From the NCBI GenBank assembly GCA_025454175.1, contig JALOOX010000002.1, positions 52,564 to 116,563 on the forward strand: DNA of 64,000 nucleotides, given 5' to 3'. The stretch comes from Syntrophobacteraceae bacterium (GTDB lineage Bacteria > Desulfobacterota > Syntrophobacteria > Syntrophobacterales > Syntrophobacteraceae). The translations under genes were made by a program, and so were the position numbers. This document shows, one piece after another, positions 38,170-48,303 of the stretch (its first letter is position 1; each line of letters opens with the position of its first letter). The notes under the pieces were generated by a model. The model was not told the origin of the DNA. It did no database searches and saw only the letters and a program-made list of their open reading frames with translations.

Positions 38170-38571
38170 ATGATGAAGACCCTGGTGGAGGAGATTGCCA
38201 TCAGCAGCGATGCGCGCGGTTGCGTATTCGAACCGCTTTCGGGCGAGGCTCTGCGGCGCCAGGGGAATGTGCATGTGGTTGTCACTCTCCCCGGCCAGGC
38301 GCGCGGCAACCACTACCACGTGAAGGGGATCGAAATTCTCGTTGTCCGCGGCCCCGCCCTGGTCCGGCATCGGGATGAAGCGGAGGTCACGGAGACAGTG
38401 GTTCCCGAGGGGTGCGTGGTGAGGTTTTCGTTTCCTCCAGGTGTTCCCCACGCCATCCGGTGCACGGGAAGTCAACCGGGGCTGCTGGTCGCGTTCAACA
38501 GTGAGGCTCATGACCCTTCGCGCCCGGATACGGTCCCGTTTCCATTGTTCGAGGAGTCGGGTCTGCCGTGA
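38170..38571 (+). CDS. cupin-fold sugar epimerase/isomerase-like protein (RmlC/WxcM-like)
   Basis: SSDARGCVFEPL ... PGQARGNHYHVKGIEILVV pattern. Its stop overlaps the next start (GTGA). Confidence 0.6.
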   Translation: MMKTLVEEIAISSDARGCVFEPLSGEALRRQGNVHVVVTLPGQARGNHYHVKGIEILVVRGPALVRHRDEAEVTETVVPEGCVVRFSFPPGVPHAIRCTGSQPGLLVAFNSEAHDPSRPDTVPFPLFEESGLP

Positions 38572-39248
38572 AGGTCATACTCGTTTTTGTTCGATATCCC
38601 GAGCCCGGCCGGGTCAAAACCCGACTCGCCGCCACCGTGGGCGATGCGGTTGCGGCTGACATTTACCGGGCCTTCGTGGAGGACCTTCTCAAGGTATGTC
38701 ATTCGACATCCAATCCGGTGACCGTCATGGTGTCGGAGGAGGAGGATCTGGAGAAGACTCGAGGGTGGCTGGTCGAGGTGCTCGGTGGAGTTTTCGCCTG
38801 CGAGGCCCAGCAGGGACATGATCTTGGGGAGCGCATGAGCAGGGCTTTCGAAAGAGTCTTCGAGCGGGGCTTCGAACAGGCAATCCTCATTGGAAGCGAC
38901 ATTCCCGACCTGCCGGCGGACATCATCCGCAAGGGTTTCGATGCGCTCAGGTCGAAAGATGTTGTCATCGGCCCATGCCGAGACGGTGGTTATTACCTCA
39001 TCGGCTTCCGCTCTCCCGGGTTCCGCCGTGCCGTCTTCGAAGGGGTGGAGTGGAGCACTCCTTCTGTTTTTTCGAGAACCCGCGGGCTCGTGGCTGAAAA
39101 CAGACTGAGCTGCGAAATCCTTCCCCAATGGGATGATGTGGATACTTTCGATGACCTGGAGCGGCTTTTCGATCGTGTGAAAACGACGGACGGGGCGCCA
39201 CGCACGCTGGTGGCGTGTCGGAAGCAGGTGCTCCGTGAGGATCGCTGA
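38568..39248 (+). CDS. DUF2064 / TIGR04282-like glycosyltransferase family protein
   Basis: N-terminus KVILVFVRYPEPGRVKTRLA is characteristic of DUF2064. Confidence 0.75.
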   Translation: MKVILVFVRYPEPGRVKTRLAATVGDAVAADIYRAFVEDLLKVCHSTSNPVTVMVSEEEDLEKTRGWLVEVLGGVFACEAQQGHDLGERMSRAFERVFERGFEQAILIGSDIPDLPADIIRKGFDALRSKDVVIGPCRDGGYYLIGFRSPGFRRAVFEGVEWSTPSVFSRTRGLVAENRLSCEILPQWDDVDTFDDLERLFDRVKTTDGAPRTLVACRKQVLREDR

Positions 39249-40713
39249 GCGACCCCGGCTCGCCTTCGGGTTTGTCCTGGCTTACCTCGCGGCGTGGGTC
39301 GCCTTGAGATTCCTGCTTCTGGCCTTTCCCATCGCTTTCGGCCTGGCGGCCATCGGCGCCATCTGCCTTTTATACCTCGTCTTCGTCTTCTTCGTCAGGT
39401 CCCGCGCACCGTGGAACGATCGTCGCCTTCTCTGGTGCTTTCTCCTGGTGGCCGCCGTCAGCCGGCTGATCCTCTTCGACGTCCCCCCCGAAACGCTTTC
39501 GGATGATGTGTATCGTTACGTGTGGGACGGCAAGGTTCAACTGCGGGGCATCAACCCCTATCGCTTCGCGCCGGATGCCGAGGAGCTCATCCCGCTGAGG
39601 GAGCCCTTTCATGCGAAAATCAACCACCCATCGCACCAGACCATTTACCCGCCCGTGGCGCAGATTCTGTTCGCCATCGCTTACCTGCTCGCGGGCAGCA
39701 ATCTCGTGGGGCTCAGATTGATTTACCTGATCCTGGATCTGCTCGCTGCCTGGTGGATTGTGCAGATCATCGGTGAAGGCAGGGATTCGGGTTTTGATCC
39801 GAGGAGCACGAGCCAAAAAACCTTTGCCGTCGATGGAGTGGGGGCTTGCTCCCAGCCTGGGCCGCCGCCCACCGCGAGATCGGATGAAGGATCTCGATGC
39901 GGCATCTCCCCGGGAGGCATCTGGGAGAGGGTGGGTGCTTGTCGCGGGGCGCTCTTCATCTACCTGCTTTCGCCTCTCGTGGTGATCGAGACTTATGTCG
40001 GCATGCATGTTGACGTGGCGGGCATGGCCTTCCTGGTGGGAGCGTATCGCCAGGTCGGAAGCCGTGCTCCATATCGCGCCCTGGCTCTTCTGGTGGCGGC
40101 GGTTCTTGTCAAGTACATCGCCGTGGCGGCAGCGCCCGTTCTGATCCTGCTGCTCGTGCGGAGCCGGCGCGGGGCCGGTGCGGGCGCCCTCGTCCCCGAT
40201 CTCCTGAGGTGGGGCGCCTGGTCCCTGGGGGTGGCTGCCGTACTCTTCGTCCCTTACGTCTCGGCCGGCCCAGCCATGTTCCAATCCCTGGTGGACTATT
40301 CCCTGCACTGGGATTTCAATGGCCCCATCCACTGGATCCTCGTCAGCCTGTCGGGGAGCCTTGCCCCCATAGCGCGAGCCATTGTATTCCTGGGTTTGTT
40401 GGGGTACATTCTATCCAGCCGGGTCGGCCCGGCCGTGCGGATTGGCTGGGCTGTCATGGCTCTCGTTCTGACCGGCCCGGCCGTGTTTCCATGGTACCTG
40501 GTCACCCTGGCTCCCTTCCTGGCTCTCGATGTGACCCTGGGTGGGCTGGCCATGACCACGCTCCCATTCCTTTCCTACCTGGTGCTCATCGACTTCCAGG
40601 CGTCGGGGGTCTGGAGGGAGAGCCCCTGGGTCCGTTTCGTGGAGTATCTCCCCGTGATGGCCTGTTTGGCCATGGATGTCTGGAGGCGTCGGTGTATCGG
40701 GGAAAGAAGTTAG
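39235..40713 (+). CDS. polytopic membrane glycosyltransferase (DUF2029/GT87-like)
   Basis: Multiple TM segments and an extracytoplasmic loop motif SDDVYRYVWDGKVQLRGINPYRF. GTG start overlapping the previous gene by 14 nt. Confidence 0.65.
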   Translation: MRIAERPRLAFGFVLAYLAAWVALRFLLLAFPIAFGLAAIGAICLLYLVFVFFVRSRAPWNDRRLLWCFLLVAAVSRLILFDVPPETLSDDVYRYVWDGKVQLRGINPYRFAPDAEELIPLREPFHAKINHPSHQTIYPPVAQILFAIAYLLAGSNLVGLRLIYLILDLLAAWWIVQIIGEGRDSGFDPRSTSQKTFAVDGVGACSQPGPPPTARSDEGSRCGISPGGIWERVGACRGALFIYLLSPLVVIETYVGMHVDVAGMAFLVGAYRQVGSRAPYRALALLVAAVLVKYIAVAAAPVLILLLVRSRRGAGAGALVPDLLRWGAWSLGVAAVLFVPYVSAGPAMFQSLVDYSLHWDFNGPIHWILVSLSGSLAPIARAIVFLGLLGYILSSRVGPAVRIGWAVMALVLTGPAVFPWYLVTLAPFLALDVTLGGLAMTTLPFLSYLVLIDFQASGVWRESPWVRFVEYLPVMACLAMDVWRRRCIGERS

Positions 40714-41414
40714 CGGTCCTCATTCCCGCCCTCAACGAAGCCGAGTCCCTGCCCCTGGTCCTGAAAGACATCCCCCCTTTCGTGGATCGCGTCATTGTCT
40801 GCGACAACGGCTCCACGGACGGAACCTTCGAGATTGCAGCTTCTCAGGCCCACCACCCCAACGTCCTGGCGGTCCGGGAGATGAGGCGCGGATACGGCAG
40901 CGCATGTCTCAAGGCCATGTCGGCCCTGACGGATGAGGATCTCGTGGTCTTTCTGGATGCCGACGGGAGCGACCATGCCGAGCTCATGGGCCGCCTCCTG
41001 GACCCGCTGCTGGACGGGGCTGATCTGTGCCTATCGAACCGTTTCACCCCGCGTCTCCATCCGGGAGCCCTGTCCCTCCCCCAGGTTTTCGGAAACAAGC
41101 TGGCTGTCCTCCTGGTGCGGCTGCTCTGGGGGTTCGAATATCGGGATCTGGGGCCCTTCCGGGCCGTCAGGCGCACAGCGCTGGAGCGACTGAGCATGCG
41201 CGACGCCACGTTCGGCTGGACCATCGAAATGCAGGTGAAGGCGCTCGATGCCGGACTGCGCATCGCCCAGGTCGACTTGCCGTATCGAGGTCGTGCCGGC
41301 GGGAAATCCAAAATCAGCGGCACTTTTTCGGGGGTGGTCCGGGCCGGAGTCAAGATCATTGCCACCATCCTCGCGTATCGGGTGGCTATGGATTTGGCTG
41401 ACCCCCCGCATTGA
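40692..41414 (+). CDS. family 2 glycosyltransferase (polyprenol-phosphate sugar synthase-like)
   Basis: LAVLIPALNEAESLP, VCDNGSTDGT, FLDADGSD (DxD). GTG 40692 is preceded by TGGAGG. The track ORF start at 40209 is an out-of-frame overlap of the previous gene. Confidence 0.8.
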   Translation: MYRGKKLAVLIPALNEAESLPLVLKDIPPFVDRVIVCDNGSTDGTFEIAASQAHHPNVLAVREMRRGYGSACLKAMSALTDEDLVVFLDADGSDHAELMGRLLDPLLDGADLCLSNRFTPRLHPGALSLPQVFGNKLAVLLVRLLWGFEYRDLGPFRAVRRTALERLSMRDATFGWTIEMQVKALDAGLRIAQVDLPYRGRAGGKSKISGTFSGVVRAGVKIIATILAYRVAMDLADPPH

Positions 41415-41428
41415 TATGGAGGAAGCCA

Positions 41429-42913
41429 ATGGCGAATTTTGACTATGACGTGGGAATCATTGGAGGAGGGGCCGCGGGCCTGACGGTCGCGGCCGGCGTG
41501 AGCCAGCTCGGGGCCAGGACGCTCCTCATCGAAAGAGAGGGTCGCCTGGGAGGGGACTGCCTGCACTATGGGTGCGTGCCGAGCAAGACCTTGATCAAAT
41601 CGGCCCAAGTCTATCACATGATGAGCCATGCGGACCGTTATGGGCTACCGGATATTCAGCCGGGCCCGGTTGATTTCCGCAGAGTGTCCTCGAGGATTCG
41701 GGGGGTGATCGACCGGATTCAGGAACATGACTCGGTGGAGCGTTTCTGCAGCCTGGGAGTCAAGGTGGAGCTCGGTGACGCGACTTTCATGGATGAGTAT
41801 ACCGTTGCCGTCAATGGACAACGTGTCACGGCGGCCCGCTGGGTCATAGCGACGGGGTCCTCGCCTGCCGTTCCGGAGATACCCGGCCTCGATGAAACGC
41901 CGTTTCTGACCAACAGGGACATCTTTTACATGGACTCCCTGCCCAAATCACTGGTTGTCCTGGGAGCTGGTCCCGTCGGCATCGAGATGGCTCAGGCTTT
42001 TGGCCGGCTTGGGAGCAACGTCACGGTGATCCAGCGCGCGGGGCAGATTCTCGTCCGCGAGGACCGGGATATGGCCGATGCGGTCATGGCCCATCTCGTT
42101 GACGAGGGTGTGACGGTTCACCTCAACGCCGCCGTCATGAGGGTTCGCGATCTGGGTCATGCTCGGGAAGTGGTGGTCGAGGACGGCGACGGGTTCGAGC
42201 ACACCCTGGAGACCGAGGCGATCCTGGTGGCCCTGGGCAGGTCGGTCAATGTGGAAGGGCTGGGGCTTTTGAACGCGGGGGTCGACTACAGTGCCGGGGG
42301 CATCGAGGTCGACGCGAGGCTCAGGACCTCCCAGAAGCACATCTTCGCGGCAGGAGACGTGACGGGCAAGTACCAGTTCACCCACGCCGCCGGCTACGAG
42401 GGCGGCATCATCGTGGTCAACGCCGTGCTGCGTCTTCCCCGCAGGACGGACTACACCTGGTTTCCGCACGCCACATACTGCGACCCGGAGCTGGCGTCCA
42501 TCGGCATGAACGAAACGGCCGCCGGGAAAGCCGAAGTCGAGGTCAAGGTCTGGAAGGAGGAATTCAGAGGCAACGATCGCTCACTGGCCGAAGGCCACGA
42601 CACGGGGTTTCTCAAGATGCTGGTCGATAAGCGGGAGAACGTTATGGGCATTCAAATCCTCGGGCCCCACGCCGGGGATCTCATCAGCGAATGGGTCGCG
42701 GTGCTCAATGGGAAAGTCAAGCTTTCGACCCTTGCGGGCGCGGTTCATCCCTATCCCACCCTGGGTGAGATCAACAAACGGGTGGCGGGAAGCTTGCTGG
42801 CGCCCAAGCTCTTCTCCGAGTCTGTCCGCAGGAAGCTCAAGTTCTTTTTCAACCTGAAGGGCCGCGCATGCGAGCCGAGTGCTGCTTCTTCGACCATCAC
42901 GACTGAAAGGTGA
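41429..42913 (+). CDS. pyridine nucleotide-disulfide oxidoreductase (dihydrolipoyl dehydrogenase/MerA-like, class I)
   Basis: [12 protein letters not shown] motif, redox-active [13 protein letters not shown], a second Rossmann [11 protein letters not shown], and a C-terminal dimerisation domain with HPYPTLGE. Confidence 0.85.
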   Translation: MANFDYDVGIIGGGAAGLTVAAGVSQLGARTLLIEREGRLGGDCLHYGCVPSKTLIKSAQVYHMMSHADRYGLPDIQPGPVDFRRVSSRIRGVIDRIQEHDSVERFCSLGVKVELGDATFMDEYTVAVNGQRVTAARWVIATGSSPAVPEIPGLDETPFLTNRDIFYMDSLPKSLVVLGAGPVGIEMAQAFGRLGSNVTVIQRAGQILVREDRDMADAVMAHLVDEGVTVHLNAAVMRVRDLGHAREVVVEDGDGFEHTLETEAILVALGRSVNVEGLGLLNAGVDYSAGGIEVDARLRTSQKHIFAAGDVTGKYQFTHAAGYEGGIIVVNAVLRLPRRTDYTWFPHATYCDPELASIGMNETAAGKAEVEVKVWKEEFRGNDRSLAEGHDTGFLKMLVDKRENVMGIQILGPHAGDLISEWVAVLNGKVKLSTLAGAVHPYPTLGEINKRVAGSLLAPKLFSESVRRKLKFFFNLKGRACEPSAASSTITTER

Positions 42914-42957
42914 ATTTCGGGCATGCATGTGGACGGACAGCGGGAGGTGCGAGGGAG

Positions 42958-45057
42958 ATGACAACGAAGGCTGATCTGGATCAGCTCTGCATCAACACCA
43001 TACGATTTCTGGCCGCGGATGCGGTGCAGAAGGCGCGATCCGGTCATCCCGGGGCGCCCATGGGGGCGGCTCCCATGGCCCACGTGCTTTGGGACCGGAT
43101 TCTCAAGCACAACCCCGCCAATCCCAAATGGTCTGACCGGGATCGGTTCGTTTTGTCGGCGGGCCATGCCTCCATGCTGCTCTACGCCCTGCTGCACCTT
43201 ACGGGATACGCTCTTCCCCTGGCGGGGCTCCGGAGTTTCCGGCAATGGGAGAGTCGAACGCCGGGGCATCCGGAATACGGTCCAACCCCCGGGGTGGAAG
43301 TCACCACGGGACCCCTGGGGCAGGGGCTCGCCCATGCCGTGGGAATGGCCCTGGCGGAGCGCTGGCTCGCTCAGCGCTACAACAGGCCGGGTCTCGAGAT
43401 CGTGGACCACCACACATACGCGCTCGTTTCCGACGGGGACCTTCAGGAGGGGGTGGCCGCCGAGGCGGCAAGCCTGGCGGGCACACTGGGCCTGGGGAAG
43501 CTCATTGCCCTCTATGACGACAACGGCATCCAGATCGAAGGCTCCACCGACCTGGCCTTTCGGGAAGATGTGGCTCGACGGTTCGAGGCCTACGGATGGA
43601 CGGTTCTGGGTCCCGTGGACGGCCTGGACCTCGTGGGAATCGAAGCTGCGCTGGTCGAGGCCCGGGCGGACAGCCGGCGACCATCCCTTGTCATTTGCAG
43701 GACGGTCATCGGGTACGGAAGCCCCCAGCAGGGCACTGCCAAGGTTCACGGAGAGCCTCTTGGCGAGGCCGGCCTCGACGCGGCCAAGGAGGTGCTGGGC
43801 TGGCCCCGGAAGCCCCGCTTCCTTGTCCCCGAGGTCGTGGCCGCCCATATGCGGCTGGCCCTGGAGCGCGGTCGGGCGGCCGAGCGGGAATGGGAGGAGC
43901 GGTTCAATCGCTACCGGAGTGCGTACCCAGTGGAGGCCGAGTCCTATCAAAGGGAGTTTGTGGGCGAGCTTCCCCGGGACTGGGATGCGGACCTCGCGGG
44001 TCTCTTCCCGCCCGATGCCGGGCCCATGGCGACCCGGGTCAGCTCGGGCCTGGTGCTGAATGCACTGGCCCGCCGTGTGGAATCGCTCTTCGGCGGATCG
44101 GCGGACCTGGCGCCGAGCACCAAGACGCTTCTGGCCGGCTACGGCGATTTCGACTCCAATGCCGGCGGTGGACGCAACCTGCATTTCGGGGTCCGCGAGC
44201 ACGCCATGGGGGCCGTGGCGGGAGGCATGGCCCTTCACGGGGGCGTGATCCCCTACACGGCCACCTTTCTCACCTTTTCGGATTACATGCGCCCCCCCAT
44301 TCGACTGGCCGCCATGATGGGGATCCGGGTCATCTACGTGTTCACCCACGACAGCATCGGCCTGGGCGAGGACGGCCCCACCCACCAGCCCGTCGAACAG
44401 CTTATGGGGCTGCGGAGCGTGCCGGGGCTCACGGTCATCCGTCCGGCCGATGCTGCGGAAACGGCGGAGGCATGGCGGGCGGCTCTCGTCCGTGCGTCGG
44501 GTCCGACGGCCCTGGTCCTCACTCGCCAGGATGTGCCCCTTCTGGATCGCAGCACGTGTGCCCCCGCCGAAGGCCTTCATGGCGGCGCATATGTCCTGTG
44601 GGAGTCTTTCTCGCCCATCGGTGGTGCCCGAGGCGGCGAAGAGGGATCTGAGCTCAAGGGCTTGAACGCTGGAGCCGGGAGCCCTTCAACGTCGACCGGC
44701 GATCAGCTGCCGGACCTGATCCTCATCGGCACGGGCTCCGAGGTCTCCGTGGCGTTGGATGCGGGTCGGAGACTGGCCGCCGAGGGTTTGCGCGTGAGGG
44801 TGGTTTCCATGCCCAGCTGGGAGCTCTTCGATGCTCAGCCCCCCGAGGTGCGCGAGAGGGTGCTGCCCTCGGCCGTGGAGGCCCGCGTGGCCGTGGAAGC
44901 TGGAATGCGGCTGGGGTGGGAGCACTATGTGGGACTCAGGGGGAGTGTGGTGGGTATGGACGGGTTCGGAGCCAGTGCTCCGGCCGAAGTACTCTTCGAG
45001 AAATTCGGCATCACCGCCGATGCGGTGGCTCATGCCGCCAGGCGGCTTCTGACCTGA
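42958..45057 (+). CDS. tkt: transketolase
   Basis: [31 protein letters not shown] and [13 protein letters not shown] motifs. ATG 42958 is preceded by GAGGGAG. Confidence 0.93.
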   Translation: MTTKADLDQLCINTIRFLAADAVQKARSGHPGAPMGAAPMAHVLWDRILKHNPANPKWSDRDRFVLSAGHASMLLYALLHLTGYALPLAGLRSFRQWESRTPGHPEYGPTPGVEVTTGPLGQGLAHAVGMALAERWLAQRYNRPGLEIVDHHTYALVSDGDLQEGVAAEAASLAGTLGLGKLIALYDDNGIQIEGSTDLAFREDVARRFEAYGWTVLGPVDGLDLVGIEAALVEARADSRRPSLVICRTVIGYGSPQQGTAKVHGEPLGEAGLDAAKEVLGWPRKPRFLVPEVVAAHMRLALERGRAAEREWEERFNRYRSAYPVEAESYQREFVGELPRDWDADLAGLFPPDAGPMATRVSSGLVLNALARRVESLFGGSADLAPSTKTLLAGYGDFDSNAGGGRNLHFGVREHAMGAVAGGMALHGGVIPYTATFLTFSDYMRPPIRLAAMMGIRVIYVFTHDSIGLGEDGPTHQPVEQLMGLRSVPGLTVIRPADAAETAEAWRAALVRASGPTALVLTRQDVPLLDRSTCAPAEGLHGGAYVLWESFSPIGGARGGEEGSELKGLNAGAGSPSTSTGDQLPDLILIGTGSEVSVALDAGRRLAAEGLRVRVVSMPSWELFDAQPPEVRERVLPSAVEARVAVEAGMRLGWEHYVGLRGSVVGMDGFGASAPAEVLFEKFGITADAVAHAARRLLT

Positions 45058-45067
45058 GGATGCGCCG

Positions 45068-45760
45068 TTGAGCGAGGATGTGGGTCTTTTCAAGAAGGCG
45101 GCGGCGCAGCATGCCCTCCGCTTCCTGGAGTCGGGCATGGTGGTGGGGCTCGGGCATGGGACCACCGCCGTCTTTGCGGTGGAAGGTCTGGCCTCGCTCC
45201 TCAATTCGGGGGATCTCGAGGGCATCGTCGGCATCCCGTGCTCCCGACAGACGAGGACGATGGCCGAGAGCCTCGGCATTATCGTATCCTCTCTCGATCA
45301 GCATCCCGTTATCGACGTCACCATCGACGGGGCCGACGAGGTGGACCCGCGGCTGAACCTCATCAAGGGGGGAGGCGGCGCCCTGCTGCGCGAGAAGATC
45401 GTCGCCCAGGCCAGCCGCCGCGAGGTCATCATTGTCGATGGGAGCAAACTGTCACCGACCCTGGGCCACAGGCGCACGGTGCCGGTGGAAGTCATCCCGT
45501 TCGGGTGGCGCCAACAGGCGGAGTACCTCGAGGCGCTCGGCGCCCGGGTGACCGTGCGCAAGGCGGAAGGCGGCTCCCTTTTCATCACCCAGCAGGGGAA
45601 CGTCATTCTGGACTGTGGCTTCGGCCCCCTGTCCGACCCCGAAGGGCTGGCCGAGGCCATCAAGCGAAGGACCGGGGTCGTGGAGCACGGACTCTTCGTC
45701 GGGCTGGCGACGGACGTCATTGTTTCGGGACCCGACGGCATCCGGCACCTGAGAAAGTGA
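45068..45760 (+). CDS. rpiA: ribose-5-phosphate isomerase A
   Basis: VGLGHGTTA, IDGADEVD and LIKGGGGALLREKIV motifs. 230 aa, TTG start. Confidence 0.9.
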   Translation: MSEDVGLFKKAAAQHALRFLESGMVVGLGHGTTAVFAVEGLASLLNSGDLEGIVGIPCSRQTRTMAESLGIIVSSLDQHPVIDVTIDGADEVDPRLNLIKGGGGALLREKIVAQASRREVIIVDGSKLSPTLGHRRTVPVEVIPFGWRQQAEYLEALGARVTVRKAEGGSLFITQQGNVILDCGFGPLSDPEGLAEAIKRRTGVVEHGLFVGLATDVIVSGPDGIRHLRK

Positions 45761-45764
45761 GGCC

Positions 45765-47345
45765 ATGGAGGTCACGACGGAAAAATTGCCCGGCGGCGCT
45801 GCTTCGGAGCCCGTTGAACGGGCGACGGCGCTTTGCGAAACGACGGACCTGGGGCTTTCGAGGCGCCAGTGCATCAGCCCCGAACCGCTGGATCCCTGCA
45901 CCATCGTGATCTTCGGGGCTTCCGGCGATCTCGCGGCCCGCAAGCTCATTCCCGCGCTCTTCAACCTGTTCCTGAACGGAGGTCTTCCGGATCGCCTGCG
46001 CATCGTGGGGTGTGCCCGAACGCCGATGGAGGAGGATGCATTCCGGGACAGGATGCGCCCGGCGGCCGGGGTCCCGGCCCGGGAAGACGGATCGCGCTGG
46101 GAGAGCTTCGCCGCGATGCTCCACTATCAGGCCGTGGATTACACGGACCCCTCGACTTTCGATGAGCTGGCCGGTTTTCTGCGCCGACTGGAAGGCGATG
46201 CCCGAGCCGGCGGCAACCGCATTTTCTACCTGGCTGTTCCTCCCGTTCTTTATGAGCTGGTGGCCCGGCGCATCGGGGAGGCCGGCCTTGCGGAAGAAAA
46301 CGCCGACGGGAACGGTTGGTCGCGCATTGTCGTGGAGAAGCCTTTCGGACACGATCTCCCGACGGCCATGGCCCTGGATCGCTCTCTCCACGAAAGCTTC
46401 AGGGAGCATCAGGTCTTCCGGATCGACCACTATCTGGCCAAGGAAACGGTCCAGAACGTGCTCATCTTCCGTTTTGCCAACGCCATCTTCGAGCCCGTGT
46501 GGAACCGGCGCTACGTCAGCCGGGTGCGCATCCTGGCCGCTGAGACCCTCGGGATCGAGCACCGGGCCGGCTACTACGAGGCGGCGGGCGTGCTTCGGGA
46601 CATGTTCCAGAACCACATGATGCAGCTCCTGGCACTCATTGCCATGGAGCCGCCTCCCCGTTTCGAGACCGACTGGGTCATGGACGAGAAGACCAAGGTC
46701 TTCCGGGCGCTCAGGCCCTTTCCCGTGGAAAACCCTTATGAAAACCTGATTCTTGGCCAGTATGGACGGGGGGCCATCGACGGCGCGGCGGTTCCCGGAT
46801 ACCGTGAAGAACCGGGGGTTCGGAGCGATTCCCTCACCCCCACCTTCGCCTCCATGAAGCTCCACATCGACAACTGGCGCTGGCAGGGCGTCCCTTTCCT
46901 CCTGACGTCGGGCAAGCGGCTGGACAGGAAGGTGACGGAGATCAACATCGAGTTCCGGGAAGTGCCCCATTCGATCTTCCGTAACATTCTCGGGGAAAGG
47001 GTGGAAGCCAACCGGCTCACCCTGGGGATCTACCCCGAGGAGAAGATCAGCCTCATCTTTCAGACCAAGAATCCCGGCGCCGCCCTGCGACTGCGGTCCG
47101 TCACCATGGACTTCCACTACAGTCAGAGCTACGGCGGGCCTGTGCTGGATGCCTACGAAAAGGTGCTCATCGACTGTATCCGCGGCGATCGGATGCTCTT
47201 CTGGAGGCAGGACGGGGTCGAGCTGAGCTGGTCGTTCCTCTCACCCATCCTTGAGCGTTGCGAGGAGTGTGAAAACCGCAGCCGGATGCTGCACCTTTAT
47301 GAAGCCGGCAGCATGGGGCCGGCGGATGCTCTTGACCTGAGTTAA
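45765..47345 (+). CDS. zwf: glucose-6-phosphate 1-dehydrogenase
   Basis: IFGASGDLAARKLIPALF, RIDHYLAKE and EKPFGHDL motifs. Confidence 0.93.
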   Translation: MEVTTEKLPGGAASEPVERATALCETTDLGLSRRQCISPEPLDPCTIVIFGASGDLAARKLIPALFNLFLNGGLPDRLRIVGCARTPMEEDAFRDRMRPAAGVPAREDGSRWESFAAMLHYQAVDYTDPSTFDELAGFLRRLEGDARAGGNRIFYLAVPPVLYELVARRIGEAGLAEENADGNGWSRIVVEKPFGHDLPTAMALDRSLHESFREHQVFRIDHYLAKETVQNVLIFRFANAIFEPVWNRRYVSRVRILAAETLGIEHRAGYYEAAGVLRDMFQNHMMQLLALIAMEPPPRFETDWVMDEKTKVFRALRPFPVENPYENLILGQYGRGAIDGAAVPGYREEPGVRSDSLTPTFASMKLHIDNWRWQGVPFLLTSGKRLDRKVTEINIEFREVPHSIFRNILGERVEANRLTLGIYPEEKISLIFQTKNPGAALRLRSVTMDFHYSQSYGGPVLDAYEKVLIDCIRGDRMLFWRQDGVELSWSFLSPILERCEECENRSRMLHLYEAGSMGPADALDLS

Positions 47346-47485
47346 AAGAGGAGAATCTCGATCGTGCTGACTGGAGCCTCAATGAATGACCGACGCGACG
47401 TCCCGGGGTCTTGTCCTCTCGGGTGGGCGGGGCGTTGATCCCCGCCGTCGCCGGGGATGTTCCGGGTGAGGATGGAAGGATCGAT

Positions 47486-48193
47486 ATGGGCATGGAGCGC
47501 GGAGCCATCCAGAAAGCAGCCGTTGTCCTGGGAATCGGGATACTCATCGGGCTTTTCATCCTGCTGGACCTGGATCGATATCTCACGCTGAGCTTCCTCA
47601 AGGAATCCAGGGATTCCTTCGTGGCAACCTATGAACGGAGTCCCGCCCTGGTCATCGGGACCTATTTTCTGATTTACACCCTGGTCGCGGCGTTCTCGGT
47701 GCCGGGAGCCGTCGTCATGACCCTGGCGGGAGGGGCTCTCCTGGGGCTTTTCGTGGGGACGGTGGTGGTGTCCTTCGCCAGCACCATCGGAGCCACCCTG
47801 GCGTGCTTCATTTCCAGGTTTCTTCTCAGGGACTGGGTTCAGGGCAGGTTTGGCGACAAGCTCCAGTCCATCAACCGCGGCATCGAGGGAGAGGGGGCAT
47901 TCTATCTTTTTACGCTGAGGCTGGTCCCCATCTTCCCTTTCTTTGTGGTCAACCTTGCCATGGGGCTCACCCGGATGCCCCTGCCGACTTATTACTGGGT
48001 TTCGCAGCTCGGGATGTTCCCGGCTACCCTGGTGTACGTGAATGCGGGAAGGGAGCTGGGGAGGATCGACTCCCCGGCGGGCATCCTGTCGCCAGGCCTC
48101 CTGATCTCGCTGGCCATCCTGGGGCTTTTCCCCATCGGGGTCAAAAAGACCCTCGCCTGGTACCGGGCCAGGAGCCCCGCTGGTGACCCTTGA
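47486..48193 (+). CDS. TVP38/TMEM64 (DedA-superfamily) membrane protein
   Basis: LRLVPIFPFFVVNLAMGLTRMPL signature with several TM helices. Start chosen at ATG 47486. Confidence 0.8.
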   Translation: MGMERGAIQKAAVVLGIGILIGLFILLDLDRYLTLSFLKESRDSFVATYERSPALVIGTYFLIYTLVAAFSVPGAVVMTLAGGALLGLFVGTVVVSFASTIGATLACFISRFLLRDWVQGRFGDKLQSINRGIEGEGAFYLFTLRLVPIFPFFVVNLAMGLTRMPLPTYYWVSQLGMFPATLVYVNAGRELGRIDSPAGILSPGLLISLAILGLFPIGVKKTLAWYRARSPAGDP

Positions 48194-48303
48194 CCCTCTT
48201 TCAAAATCGGCATGGACCGGGACCCGGGGTCCCGGCGCGCTCCGGTCCCGCCGGGGTCGGGTCGCCGTTGGCCCTGGGTGGTGGGCGATCATTCCTGTAT
48301 TCG

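Noticed and set aside
42751-44580. 609-aa minus-strand ORF
   Set aside because: It is antisense to transketolase and is a shadow ORF.
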